This document shows positions 13,135 through 26,040 of a stretch of DNA of 64,000 nucleotides, one piece after another. Source of the DNA: Vicugna vicugna (Eukaryota); the NCBI GenBank assembly GCA_013265495.1, contig MU058844.1, forward strand, positions 1,246,941 to 1,310,940. Reading direction: 5' to 3'. The translations under genes were made by a program, and so were the position numbers. The notes beneath the pieces were generated by a model. The model was not told the DNA's origin. It saw only the letters and a program-made list of their open reading frames with translations, and made no database searches. Each line of letters opens with the position of its first letter. Positions within the stretch are counted from its first letter, which is position 1.

Positions 13135-13626
13135 TATTTTGTCTAGTGTTCCTTTCTTTGGAGAACCAGCCTCCATCTGATAGCAATCCTGCGCCATTCA
13201 TATCTTTCGGTGGGCCTGACTGTTTTCCTTGCCACAAGCCTCAGTTTGGTCATTTGACCCGAGCTTGTCCTATCTTATTCTCCATCTGTTAGTCACAGTT
13301 GATTCAAAGATGTTCCTAACTAAAGACAGACCAACGAGAGTATGTCTTGAGACATTTTCTGGAGCTAAGGGGAAAGAGGTTTTCTTCCTCTTGGATCCTG
13401 AGTTGTGAAGAACATGTGATCCTTTAAGCTTCTGGTGGCCATCTCACTCCTCCGTAGCAACAGCCTCCCTGAAAATGGAGCTATAACATTATTTGAGAAC
13501 ACAGATTCAGTTATGTTGAAGACACTGGACTTTTTCAGTTACATGAGTCCATTAATATCTTTTTCTGAAAAAGCTAGTCTGATTTCTATTTCTATCATTT
13601 GCTGTGAAAGAGTTTCAGCTAATGCA
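13135..13626 (+). mobile_element. MLT1 (MLT1K-like) solo LTR
   Basis: 3' end 'ctggactttttcagttacatgagtccattaat...ttctatcatttgctgtgaaagagtttcagctaatgca'. Confidence 0.75.
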
Positions 13627-13629
13627 GGT

Positions 13630-13765
13630 AGCTATTACCATCTCCATGAGGCTGAGAAATTAAGGAATTTGGTGAAGCTGAGTCAGTAATTGATGGAAAT
13701 AGGATTCTAATATAGGGCAATCTGGTACTCACATCCATCTCCTTTTCATTACACTAGGTTGCCTC
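13630..13765 (-). mobile_element. MIR fragment
   Basis: 'gaggctgagaaattaaggaatttggtgaagctgagtcagtaatt...ggattctaa'. Confidence 0.55.
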
Positions 13766-14256
13766 CCCAAGCTGATGAAAATAAATCACAATTTATGGAA
13801 ACCATGTTGATTTATCATTAGGCTTTCTAAAATAGCATATTATTTCTACAAACACAGTTTCCATGTCCCAGATTTTATGCTAGTTCTAACTGGTAAATTT
13901 ATGAAGCAGAATTATTACTCTTTGTTATGAAAATATTTCTGTATTTACAGAGCTTTAGAGAATGTTTCAATGAGAACTGTCAACAAATCCTTTTTGAACA
14001 CCTACTATGTACATGGCATTGGATTAGTCATTCATAGGGAAACAAAAGAATGAAACAAATGGAAATAACCGTCTAGAGCATAACATATTTTTAAGTCACT
14101 ACATTCCTAGATGAAAAGTGGTAAGGGCCGCAACACCAACACAGATAAAATGCTATTGCAAAAAGTGGTGGGTCGATAGGGGAGGTGTTAATTGAGCTAG
14201 CCAATAAAGATCATATAAGATTAAATGTGAGGCAATGTAAGCAGGGCATCTTAGGT

Positions 14257-14403
14257 CAGTGCTGTTCAACAGAACTTTCTGCAATGATGAAAATGTTCTG
14301 TATCTTCCCTGTGTAACATGGTAGATACTGGCCACATATTGAGTACATGAATTGTTAATTCAGCAATTGCATGGCTAACGTCTACCATATTGGCTGCTGC
14401 AGT
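14257..14403. mobile_element. MER3 (hAT-Charlie MITE)
   Basis: 'cagtgctgttcaacagaactttctgcaatgatgaaaatgttctgtatct...ctaccatattggctgctgcag'. Confidence 0.85.
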
Positions 14404-15084
14404 TCTAGACAAACAAATGCATAGGGTTTGCATGAAATATAAAGCAAGTTGTCTGCTTCAGCTGGAATTGAGTTCAGAAGGCAATGAAGTGAGAAATGCT
14501 ATTTGGTAAAGTTGATAGGTTCCAGGTCATGAAAGATTTTGATTTGGGGCTTTGCTTTTGGTTAATAGGGAGCTAATGATGGCTCATGAGCTACGAAGTG
14601 GTATGATCAACCCTTTGTTCCAGGAAAATTAAACTGGCAGCTGTGAATATGTAGAACTAGAAAGAATACAGCATGGAAGGAGAGATGCCACATATGAAAC
14701 CACAGTGAGAATTTAGACAAGTTAATGAAAACCTGAAGTTAATGGAAGACAGTGACAAAGGAAATGTAGTTAAAAAAAAAAAAGACACATGCACAATACA
14801 TGACAAAAGTAGAAGCAAGAGAACTAAGAACTGGTTGGAACAGCTGGAAAGTGAGGAAGAGGAATGCATTTTGGAGAACAAAGAATGGAAGAAAAATTGT
14901 AAGAGAAATAGATGTGGTGGCACAGCCATATGATTTGTAGAGATGTTCTGAGTTTTGTTTTTGATCTTTTGGGTTTAAGGTGCTAGTGTTCGAAATATAA
15001 TTAGAATTAAAGAGGACTGTTAGAATTAAAGAGAATGTTTTAAAATGCTGTCGAAATTTAAATTGGGAATTATCTGCTTGTAGA

Positions 15085-15327
15085 TCAGAGATCAGAAAAC
15101 TATAGCTTTATATACCATTTATATACCAAAATGAGCCATATAGTTTATCTGGCCTTCCACCTGTTTTTTTAAGTACAGTTTTATTGGAATATAGCTAGTC
15201 TCATTTGCTTACATATTATCTATAGCTGCTTTCAGTATAATTGTTGAGTAGTTTCAACAAACTTATGCCTACAAAGCCAAAATTATTTACTATCTAGCCC
15301 TTTACAGAACATATTTGCTGACCCTCA
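15085..15327. mobile_element. MER58A (hAT-Charlie MITE)
   Basis: 'gttttattggaatatagc...acaaagccaaaattatttactatctagccctttacagaacatatttgctgaccc'. Confidence 0.85.
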
Positions 15328-15929
15328 TATAAATGATAGAAATCACCAGGATGCATGAGATTCTAATAATTTTACTGTAGGAAATTCCATTACTCATTAG
15401 AGTTCAATAAAATACTTTGTTCACTATTACTATTATATTGACACAACTGTAATATACTACCATTCAGATTGAAAATACAGAGGTCCTCCATGATCCTAAA
15501 ATATCTCTTGGATCACCAAGAAAATTTTAAATTATTCTCTGTATAAAAACACTGTTAAATGTGTTGTAGTTTTGTCTAGATATTTGGAAACTGATACTCC
15601 TTTCATGGCTTATATTTGATTATCTATTAGCCTTAGGACACTTCATTCTCTGTCTATGCCAAACAATATATATTTTAAGCCACGTTAAGTTCTTACTTTA
15701 TTAAAGTTTTGTCAATTTATGAAAACTAAATAGGATCTGAAGTGTAAGTTTAGGTTCAAACTTGTGTGGTCAAAGGAATATGGGCAGCTCTTTGTATCTT
15801 ACAGGGAGAATATATTTAAGTATTTAAGTGTAACAAAAAATGTATAAAAGGAAAGAAGAAAGGGAGAGAAGAAAGAAAGGAAAAGGAAGGGAATAAAGAG
15901 AAATACAGGAAGAAACAAAGACAAGACAG

Positions 15930-16595
15930 GTTAATCTACTGTAAAGTTGACCAGTTAACTATTACACACAGAGTACATCTGGGTAGGTTTCAGTGCTTCA
16001 CAGATTCAGAGATTCACAAATACCTCCAGAATGTGAGAAAAAATATATATAAGGAACAAAAACAAACAAAAAAGGAAATCATAGGGCACTGAAATAGTAC
16101 AGAAATCAGAGAAAAACTTCAAAATGTTATAATTAATGTCCCCAGAGAGATAGAATCTTTAATAAAATGAAACAATCAGAATAGGAATTGAATAATGGAA
16201 ATTTAAAATATGCAAGCTGAATTAAAATATCTAATTAAAAGTTTGGAGAATAATACTGGGAAAAGTCTCCCAGGAAGAAAAGAAATAATACAAGAATATG
16301 AAAACAATAAGAGATAAAAGAAAAGAAAATCTAAGGGTCAATCCAAGAGATGTGTCCTTGGGTTCACGACTAATATGAATTCTAGAAAGACAGAACAGAG
16401 GAAACAGAGGGAAGGAATTTATCAAAGAAATAATATAAGAAAATGAAGGTCATGAGTTTCCAGACAGAAGAACAAACCACTCCCCCCCCAAAAAAAGACA
16501 CACACGAAGGCATAGTATCATGACAATCCAGAACACCAGGGCCAAAGATAAGATCCTAAAAGCTTCCAGAGAGAATAAACAAGTCACATGTAAAT
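15930..16595 (+). mobile_element. HAL1/old L1 ORF1 region
   Basis: 'aatatgaattctagaaagacagaacagaggaaacagagggaaggaatttatcaaagaaataatataagaaaat...cagaacaccagggccaaagataagatcctaaaagcttccagagagaataaacaagtcacat'. Confidence 0.75.
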
Positions 16596-16887
16596 TGGGT
16601 GACCACATATCGTAGTTCGCCTAAAATAGCCCATTTACACTTGCTGTCCATCACACTTGCTTTACAATTCCTCTAGAATTTGTCTTTCCTTAACAAATTG
16701 TTATCATAAGTTGAGACACTGTAATAATCTGTAGTGGTTTTATAGGTCTCCACTTTGTATTTCCAGTTTCTGCTAAAAGTTTCATCAACAGCGTATGAGA
16801 TGCACGTATAATGAATAGGATACTCACTTTAACCCATTGTTAAACCCAAATGATGATCAGCAATTATCCATCTTTCTCTACCTCACT

Positions 16888-17552
16888 CTTTTTTTCCCCT
16901 TCAGCTGTATTGAGATATAATTGCCATATAACACTGTGTAGGTTTAAGGTGTATAATGTGATGACTTAATAATACACATATATATTGAGAACAATTACCA
17001 CCATAAGATTAGTTAACACATCTATCAACTCACATTCCTACTTTTTTTTTGTAGTAAGAACATTTAAGATCTATTCTCCCAGCAATTTCAAGAATATAAA
17101 ACAGTATTGTTAACTATAGTCACCATGCTGTAGATTAGCTCCCCTGCACTTATTCATCTTAATGCTACGTTTATAACCTTTGAGCAAAATCTCTCCATTT
17201 CCCCCATCCCCAGTCCCTGGCAGTCACCTTCTACTCTGTTTCTATGAGTTCAGCTTTTTTTCTTTTTAATTCTACCTGTAAATGAGACCATACAGTATTT
17301 GTCTTTTTTTTCCTGACTGATTTCACTAGCAGAATACCCTCAAGTTCCATGCATGTTGTCACAAATTTTCTTCTTTTTATGGCTAAATAATATTCCATAT
17401 ATATCACATTTTCTTTATTTATTCATCTGTCAGTGGACACTTAGGTTATTTCCATGTCTTGTCTATAGTGAATAATGTTGCAAAGAACATTGGGGTGGAA
17501 ATAACTCTTTGAGAGAGTAATTGTATATCCTTTGGATATTTACTCAGAAGTT
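16888..17552 (-). mobile_element. L1MA-type 3' end nested in Blackjack
   Basis: 'tattgagatataattgccatataacactgtgtaggtttaaggtgta...gtggacacttaggttatttccatgtcttgtctatagtgaataatgttgcaa'. Confidence 0.9.
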
Positions 17553-18074
17553 CCATACCCTTTTGTGTTGCAGGGTAACTAATCTCTCCCTTTAGAGGAC
17601 AGCATTTCTTGCTGATAAAACAAAAAGCACTCTGACACTAATCTCTTTTGGTCAGAGGAACTATTTGACACTATTACTCTGCCAGTCACTTGCTGCGCCA
17701 CCTACTTGTCTCTGGAAGACACATGAAGTTATCAGGATCCCAGTCAGCAGGGAAGTGGCAATGTGGGAAATATAGGTTGAATGCAGGCAAAATATCTGTG
17801 GGAAACAGAGGCTGACCTTTTGCAAAGAGCACATAGAGAGGAGTCAATACATTTGCTATAGTGGTTTTGTCATTTAGTTTATGGCATGACTCTAAAACTA
17901 TCTTATTGTTTGATAATGCTTTTTTATTTTGCAGTAATGTTCTTTCAGCCCTAGTCAATTAAAAGAAATGAAAGTTTATGTTTAATTAAAAATTATGTAC
18001 GTAATTTCCATTTTTCAAATAAGTTGAGAGGATGAATGTGTAACTTGCATAAAATGTTTTTTGATGCTTCCCAT

Positions 18075-18512
18075 CTGGATTAGCAATTGTCACCATGCTG
18101 TTGTGTACAAACCATTCCAAAACTTAGTTGCTTCAACAACATTTACATTCATGCTCAAAGGTCTGCATTGACTAAGATTTGGCTGATGTAGGCAAGACTC
18201 AGCTGGATAATTCTGCTTCAGACTTCAGTTTGGCTGACTTTGATTCTAGTCTGCAGGTTTGATTCAGTTGTGTTCCAAGTGTGTTTGTCTGAGGCCAAGT
18301 CTGATAGGATGGCAGTTACCAAGGTCATACTCTTTGCATGGATTACCAGAGCACAAAAACAAGTAAGAGCACATAAAAACATTTAAAGACTTGACTCATG
18401 TCAAGTTTGCCAACATTCCATTGGCTAAAGCACGTCACATATATTAATCCACCCCATTAATCAATGAGGAGACGGAAAGTGAACAGTTGCTGAACACTAA
18501 TCCAAGCTCACC
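18075..18512 (-). mobile_element. MLT1 solo LTR nested in Blackjack
   Basis: 'aaaccattccaaaacttagttgcttcaacaaca...tttgccaacattccattggctaaagcacgtcacat'. Confidence 0.75.
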
Positions 18513-20099
18513 TTCTTCATCATGGGTGCCACAGTAGTATTGTTGATCACATTCAGCCGAAAGACATGAACCTGATGAATAAGCATCAGCATCTATTTAA
18601 AAAGTTACTAATTAAACAAACTGTTTGAGATGACAACTTAACATGCACGACTAAAGAAAGTGCACTTACTTATACACTCTCTAATGCATTTCTTTTTACT
18701 TATATCAAATGACTATTCTACTAAGTTAATTTTGTGCATTTATAATTTCAAGTGTTTTTGTACACATCAAAAAAATCAAGCAATGGCTTGTTATATATTG
18801 GCCTCATTAGCAGAATGTGAACTCCCTAGAGTTAAATTATGCCAAATTTATATCAACACCATTGGATGCTTAAAAAGAATCAGTTAATTACAATAATGAT
18901 TTAGTGTTTTAAATTTAATTCATGGAATCAAAATAAAGTTTTTGGTATTTTATTTTATTAAAGGTGAAATGCCAGATATTATTAAGAATACCTTATAAAT
19001 CCAGAAGGTAAAATGTTTGCTTTTGCAATAATAATGTGACATAAAATTAGGTGAATCAAATTGTGAAACTCATGGAGCAGAAACACACTTGGAATTGGGT
19101 ATGGAGCATACATAATCCAAGATTGCTTTTAAATAGGCATAGTGAAATCAAAGCTATAGTTACTTGTTAAAACTTGTAAATAAATATATATAGTTAAAGT
19201 TAACCATAACAAGTTTGTCTGTTTTTGTATGAAGCTGATGTTAAAAAAAAAAAAAGAAAAGGTAAAAAAGAAATAAATAGAGAAGTACATTATGGAAGCA
19301 TAAGTTTCTCTCTTTGCTACCCATCTTTTATTAGATTTTACAAATATTTAAGCCTTTGAAGAACTACTTTTTGTGCCATTATAAATATCCTACCATGGTG
19401 TTAAAACTTTGTTTTGAAAATGAGAACTCTAAATTTTTTTCAGAAATGGTTAGAAAACTTTTATAAAAATATTAAAAAGTAATGGAACTTCAAATTGGCT
19501 TTTGGAGCCTCTAGTAATTACAATTCTTAAAAACAAACTTTGCAGATGAAAAGACATTATAATTTGTTCCTACAAAAGCAAGAAGGAATTGAACAAATTA
19601 AATGATGGTAGCTCACATGGTGAACAGAATTCAATTTTGAAATTCTGTAATTGTGCTTTGAAATAACTTATGAGAAAAACCTTTTTATGGGCTCCTTTAA
19701 AATGGAATGGAATAAAATTAAGAAGACCTATGATGTTACAGCATCTAAATTTGGCAAAACATTAAAATAATTGTAAAAACAGAGAAAGCCTACTTGATAT
19801 GTTTTGTTTCCTAAGAATATTTGAAAAAGGAAGCACTTTGAATGAAAGGTATAAGACAGTATGTTTAAAATAGAATAAAATATTTACACAATTCCATTAA
19901 CTCCCATAAGACTGTCCTTCATTGAGCAGAATTTACTCTGCAATTACAAAATACCTCAGTGCTTTACAGAAAGTATTTTCTCAGTAAAGTATTTATGATT
20001 AACAGAGAAATATCAGTTAAAGTTGTCAAAATGTCAAATTTATTAACCCCTCAAATAAAGAAGACTGTAGGCAATTTTGTGGAAAAAATTAAAATAATA

Positions 20100-20640
20100 A
20101 TACCAGGAAACAACCTAAATGTCCATCAACAGATGACTGGATAAATAAAGAAGATGTGTAATATGTATACAATGGAACATCACTTATAAAAAAGAATGAA
20201 ATAATGCCATTTGCAGCAACATGGATGGACCTGGAGATTATCATATTAAGTGAAGTAAGTCACACAGAGAAAGACAAATATTGTATGGTATCACTTATAA
20301 GTGGAATCTAAAAAAAAAGATGAACTTATTCACAAAACAGGAAGACTCATAGACATAGAAAACAAACTTATGGTTACTAAAGGGGAAAACAGGGAAGTGG
20401 GGAAGGATAAATTAGGAGTTTGGGATTAGTATATACACATACTATATATAAAATAGATAACTGTATAGCATAAGGGACTATATTCAATATGTTATAATAA
20501 CCTACAATGGAAAACAATCTGAAAAAGAACATATATCTGTATAATTGAATCACTATGCTGTACACCAGAAATGAACAAATATTGTAAATCAACTGTACTT
20601 CACTAAAAAATTAAATAAATAAAATTAAAAACTAAAAAAT
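20100..20640 (+). mobile_element. L1 3' end, cetartiodactyl-type, nested in Blackjack
   Basis: 'ggaaacaacctaaatgtccatcaacagatgactggata...gccatttgcagcaacatggatggacctggagattatcat...ttgtaaatcaactgtacttca' followed by an A-rich tail. Confidence 0.92.
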
Positions 20641-21309
20641 GAAGAACACTAAGAAGATCTAAAATAGTAATAAATAAGAATAAGAAGAAGACCATTAAAA
20701 AATACATTCTTCAGAAATTTTCCATTGGCTTAATATTAGATCTAGGTATAGCTTTAAATGATTAAATTACAGAAATAGGTACCAAGAATGATTGTTCTCC
20801 TTACACTATTTTTAATGTGCATATAATCATATAAGTTTTTTAACCTTACTATATACATTAATAGATACTATTTTGAAGTTTTAGACAAAACTTTTAAAAT
20901 ATTTTTTGAATTGAATTATTTTGTAGGCCAACCAATATATAATAATAGTGTAGACCTGGAGTGCTGGCGTAGCCCCAGTGCCCACCACTATCACCAAACA
21001 CAAGCTCAACAGCTGTGACCTCCAGGCCCTGCTTCGTCTGACCTGGAGGAGTCCAGACAATGTGTGTACTGCTGAGACCTTGAACTCAGTCTGCACCTCA
21101 GAGAGAAACAAAGAGAGGCACAGAGGACCAGTTGTTCATGTAATTGTAGCTTGATGCTTAGTTATATATCTTGAATGGCTTATTTGCTGCTTTGACAGTA
21201 ATTTCAAATAAAAACAAGTAGCCAAGTAAAAAAGTCATCATTCTCTTCAGTTTTTCAACCTGGATCAGCCCTTGTGGCCTATCCTAACTCAACTGATTTA
21301 ACTAGAAAT

Positions 21310-21610
21310 TTGGATAGAATCATATAAGGTCTATGGGGGAAGGGGTTGAGATAAGAGAGAATTCTCATTTACCTAGAGGTGGTCATTATTCAATAGGCAA
21401 TGTCTAAAAGTTTTTAAAATATTTAAGAAGTAGCATTATAAACATATTGTATAAAATATGGAAGTAAATAGAAGAAACTGCTAAAATGATTGAAAGTAGG
21501 AATGAATTTGGGATTAAGAGGGAGAAAAGCTGGTAGCAAAAGTTTTGTTGTCATATCATAACCCAAGTTTCAAAATGTTGAACATGTATTGTTTTGATTT
21601 TTCAAAAGCA
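21310..21610 (+). mobile_element. HAL1 3' end, probably continuing 15930-16595
   Basis: 'aaaatatggaagtaaatagaagaaactgctaaaatgattgaaagt...gaacatgtattgttttgat'. Confidence 0.55.
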
Positions 21611-23589
21611 AGTAAGTTTATTTTTTTTTAATGAAGTGCCTGATATACATGGTAAGAAATCAAGTTTTCCTTTCTCTGTCATTCCCAGTTTTCACCAGCC
21701 TCTACTTATGCATCTGATTCCTCCTGTTTTCTGGCAATTTCTGCATAAGAAATACTAATTCACTGTGATCTTGAGGCCATGCAGACTGACTTGGATAGTC
21801 TTGGAATTGCTAAATCATTATGAAAGGTTTTCTATTAGGCAAATTTCAATCCCTTTACTTTTCAAATTTTCATTAACTCAAAGCATTTGTACAAATACAC
21901 AGTTGATTAGAATCTGGAAAAGAAATGAGCTTTTTTATGTTCTTCTGTGGCATTCCCAATATCACACACTATAATAAATTAATTTCAAAGATTACCTACT
22001 ACCCACAGACATTCTTCTCATCATGTTAAAAGAAAACAGAGACCACCCATTTCCAGGTTCCCATGCTGGAGATGAGACTTATGCGTGCATTATTACAAAT
22101 CAAGATCACTGGTGGATAGAAATTCTGGGATTCAATAAAGGAAGTTGCACCCAAGCTTGTTAATGAAACATTTTTTACTAATCACTGACTTCTCCTTCCT
22201 CTAGTTTCTGGATAAACAAGTTAAGACTGCTGAGTGTTGTGGGCTGGTCCCTGGTTTCCTTGCAATACACTGTCTGGACTCTACTACTGAAATGCACGTC
22301 ATTGTCTGTGCATTAGTCTGAGGCCTGCAGGCGCTGCTGTGACTTGCTCATACCTGGTGTTCAAATCCTCCAGCTGTTGTGTCGGCACTTTAAGGTCAAC
22401 TCTGTGATCATAACTGGCCAGGCTCACTCTTTATAATTGGCAATGGATTCTCTTTTAATGTGATCAGAACTCAGATCAGCCTCAGCCGCAAACAGACTTG
22501 ATCAGTAGTGAAACGTAGAATACTTCACATTGAAATTGCCAGCAGAGTAGATACAGGGTCATGCTAGGGTCTGGATAAAGTTTCACAGCAGGTTTAAAAC
22601 GGTATCAAGTAAAAAATGTGAGTTAATATTGAGGGCAATTATCCATTACCAGGCTGCTCCAGCCTCCTCTTTAAGAGTAAGGAAGTAACTGATCATAATC
22701 ATGGCTACATTCACCAAGGATTATAGGGTGTCCAGACAGGCGTGGTTTTAAGTGCTTTTTCTGCCTTATCGCATTTAGTCCTCATCTCATCCGTAGGTGG
22801 TATTTCCTTTTCATGCGATTAAACAAAAGAATTCCGTAAACACTTGGCACAGTGCCTAACAATGCATAAAGAAGTGATAGCTTACTACCATCACTAATCA
22901 TCAGTAAAGACTCATCAATGTGTTGTGATTATAAGCTAAATCTTTCAGAATCCTAAGACTCAAGGTAAACTTTTTCTGCTGCGGGGAGAATTCAAACGGT
23001 GGAACAGTAAACTCGGATGCAAGTTTACATTTCTATATTTTAGTAGCTAATAATCTGAACGAGTGAGGGCAAGACAAAAGAAATTTCTCAACACCAATTC
23101 TAGTGACTGAAGTACATCCCATGTCCAGGTGTTAGTTACATATGACTTCTTGGGTCAATGCCTCCCCAGTCTAATACCAAGATTTTTGCTCAGTGACCAG
23201 AGATTCAGTCCCAAAGCCTCAAATGTCCAAGGAGGGAATGGGATGCCTGGGCAGACAGTGGGAATGCTTTGTTCTAACAGTGAAGCTTGATAGCAAAGAT
23301 GCTATAGAGGAAATTCGGGCACCAGTTAAATGCCTTTTAATGCCGTGTCTTACTCTGAGAATTTATGATGTTAAGAACTCATGTCAATAGTTTTTTTTTT
23401 TTTTAGGTATTAAAGTGAAGACTCTCACTGTATTGCTAAGTATAAGTTTTGAAAGTAAAGTTTAGTGAAACCCTGTAATTAATTAAAACCTTTAACTTTG
23501 AAAAATATTTGCCTTAAAAATAGACACTAAAAATTTAAACATTAGAGTCCTGAATGGCTACAGTTGAGGTGGGCAAGGGGAATGACAGA

Positions 23590-23840
23590 GGAATATGATT
23601 AAATCATGGCTTTGTCTACAGGCAGATAGGACTAGGATTAAAACATGACCCTGAGCCCAGCTAGCTGTGTAAACTTGGGAAAGAGGTAAGTAAAATCACC
23701 TCTTTATGTGTAGGTTTTTACATCTGTAAAATATGATTCCTTAAAGAGTCTTTATGAGGATTGTATGAGATTACACATATAAAGTACTCAGCACATATAA
23801 GATACTCAATAAATGACAGTTATAATGACAATAATGATAA
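23590..23840 (+). mobile_element. MIR
   Basis: 'ctagctgtgtaaacttgggaaag...catctgtaaaat...tttatgaggattgtatgaga...tactcaataaatg'. Confidence 0.8.
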
Positions 23841-24674
23841 AGAGGATGAGGAGACCCAGGAAGCACCTTAGACTTCATAAATTCTGAACAACAGAGGGGT
23901 AGTTTTCAAGTCACTCATCATAAAAGATTTTCTCCTCTTGTCAAAAATTCGGGCATATCCAACCCCTCCTATTCTCATAAACCAGCTGAGAAAAATGCAA
24001 TCCTGTGCAGGATAGAGTAGAAAGGTGGATTAAGTGTTCCTCACAGGTAGTACCACACAGGTGATGCACATTTGCATCCAGTGGGTCCCCAACAAACTGA
24101 AACACACAGGAGACATTCAATAAGTAGAGCCAAGCAGAACAGGAAGCACATTTACCATTAACAAAATTCCCTGTAGGAAATAACCAGTGTTGCAGAGTTT
24201 CCCAAAGGACAGCGGGGATGTGGAACTCACTGATGAAAATTCCATGGCATCCGGAAATTATCTGTAGTTAAAGTGCAAATGGCCAGGTATAGGGGACGAA
24301 CCATTCCAATGAGTCTGGATAATTCCAGGAAATACAAAATCCAGAGTTGGACAGATAAGGAGTTCCAGATCACATTTAAGGCACAGAAATGACCAAATCC
24401 CCAGTGAGGAGGACCTAGATGTTAACACCAGGCCTGCATTTATACTATTTGTTACATCATTAACTTACAGTGAATTGTTTCTCATTGTGTAGTATATTCA
24501 GTCATTCTCAATTATTCCTTTCATTAAAAAGGCTCTTTGGTTGCTGTTTAGGACACAGGATAATGGAACCCGCAAATGACAATTCCAGTATCAGTCTTAG
24601 GATGGAGAGTCCAAGCTCAGTAGATACCACATTTTAGTAGTGTTGTTTTCATGTGGTTTAATCCAGTCTGGGTC

Positions 24675-24850
24675 TGCTAAGCATTATACTGCACATTAAT
24701 TTGTTTCTTTGATCACAACCTGCCTTTGTAAGTAGGTAGGGAAAGTATTATCAAACCCATTTTACAGATGACAGAATTGACATTTTAGTTAATTTCCCAA
24801 GTTTACAGTGTTTATGTTAGAACTAAGAGTAAAACTCAGGCCAGTTCCAG
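24675..24850 (-). mobile_element. MIR
   Basis: 'tattatcaaacccattttacagatgacagaattga...aatttcccaagtttacag'. Confidence 0.8.
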
Positions 24851-25884
24851 TAAAACCAAATCCCAGGAGCTCCCCTCTTTACCTTATAGCCTTTTGAGAA
24901 GTACTGTTGTGAATAATATGACATTTTTATTTGCTTCTGGTTTCAGAGTGCTACATTTTAAAATCCAATTTGGATTTAAGTCTACTATGTGTTGAATATG
25001 TAATCTCTGAACTGTGGAAAACCTTGTGATGTTACAAAGGATCCAAGAGCTATATAGTCTAAGAGGAAATCATTTTTAAAGGAAATGAATGTATTGAATG
25101 AGTCAGATCTCTAAAATATTCATTTTACACAAGGAGATGTTTTAGTACTTGATTCCATGCTGATACACTACAGAAAATATTAACATCAATAACCCTTTAG
25201 GATGGAATTAAGACAGAAATTTAAACCCAGCCTAGCTCTAAAATTTCTATGTTTAACATTTATTGAAGCAGCCATACTCAGTCACATTCTGAAGGTTGCA
25301 ACTTGTTAAATTTGCATGTGTGTGTGTGTATATATATATACAGGCCAAGAAATGTAAGTGTAATATAGTTTTCACATGTTTTGTGTGAAATGTTCTTTTA
25401 GTTGATCGGTTATGGAGATTTTGAATTCACAGACCCTGACACCTGCAGATACATACACATTTGCAGACGGTAATTAGAGCCTCACCTCTCCACCTCCCTC
25501 AGTATCTCCTGTTTATCTTGCTTATCTTTTGTTTATCTTTCCAGGACTCACAGGGAGGAAGAAGAGGCTGCTGTTCTGGCACAATCCCAGGTCTGAATTT
25601 GTCATCTCTGATGTTTTGAATCAGCTGCCTTTGGATTGTTGTATACTTGGTCCAGAAGGGTTAGAGTGGATCTCATCTCATCCCCTCCTCAGAGAGGTTG
25701 TGAAGACGTCAGCCCTGAATGAGTAAGCTGGGTGGTCTGGGATGAGTCAGTCATTTCACAGAAGGAGCAGTAGGTGCATGTCAGCAGGCCGAGGTCTTTG
25801 ACACCCTTCATCAATTCCCTCTTTTCTGAGTTACCTTTTAACGGTGGTAGAGCAATTGCTTTTAACGAATTACTGATTTTCCAG

Positions 25885-26040
25885 CCAGGAGAGATATTAG
25901 GTATTATCAAATGTCATTCCTATCATTTTATGGAAATGGAGGCACAGAGAGGTGACATGCTTTTTTCAAGGCCACATAACTAGTAGTGATAACTGGAACT
26001 AGAGAATAAGTTTACTAACACCCTTTTGCTTTAAACTCTG
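25885..26040 (-). mobile_element. MIR3/MIRc fragment
   Basis: 'cattttatggaaatggaggcacagagaggtgacatgcttttttcaaggccacataactagt'. Confidence 0.75.

Larger units (their letters stand above)
13978..15365 (-). mobile_element. L2, interrupted by MER3 and MER58A
   Basis: Tail 'caacaaatcctttttgaacacctactatgtacatggcatt'. Internal 'taataggggagctaatgat...gtggtatgatcaa...aggaaaattaaactggcagc'. Confidence 0.65.
16597..21272 (+). mobile_element. Decayed autonomous hAT-Blackjack transposon with transposase remnants and three nested insertions
   Basis: 5' terminus 'gggtgaccacat'. Transposase-like peptides: AKFISTPLDA (18841-18870), LGIGYGAYIIQDC (19088-19126, degenerate CxxH region), AEFTLQLQNTSV/ESIFS (19926-19983, hAT dimerisation region). 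The 3' terminus 'ggatcagccct' is tentative. Confidence 0.75.

Noticed and set aside
22355..22430. Minus-strand peptide ...QQLEDLNTR before a CAG|GTATGA donor, recalling dystrophin LEDLNTRW
   Set aside because: Only 7 residues match, there is an in-frame stop just upstream, no good acceptor, and the dystrophin exon continues through WKLLQ.
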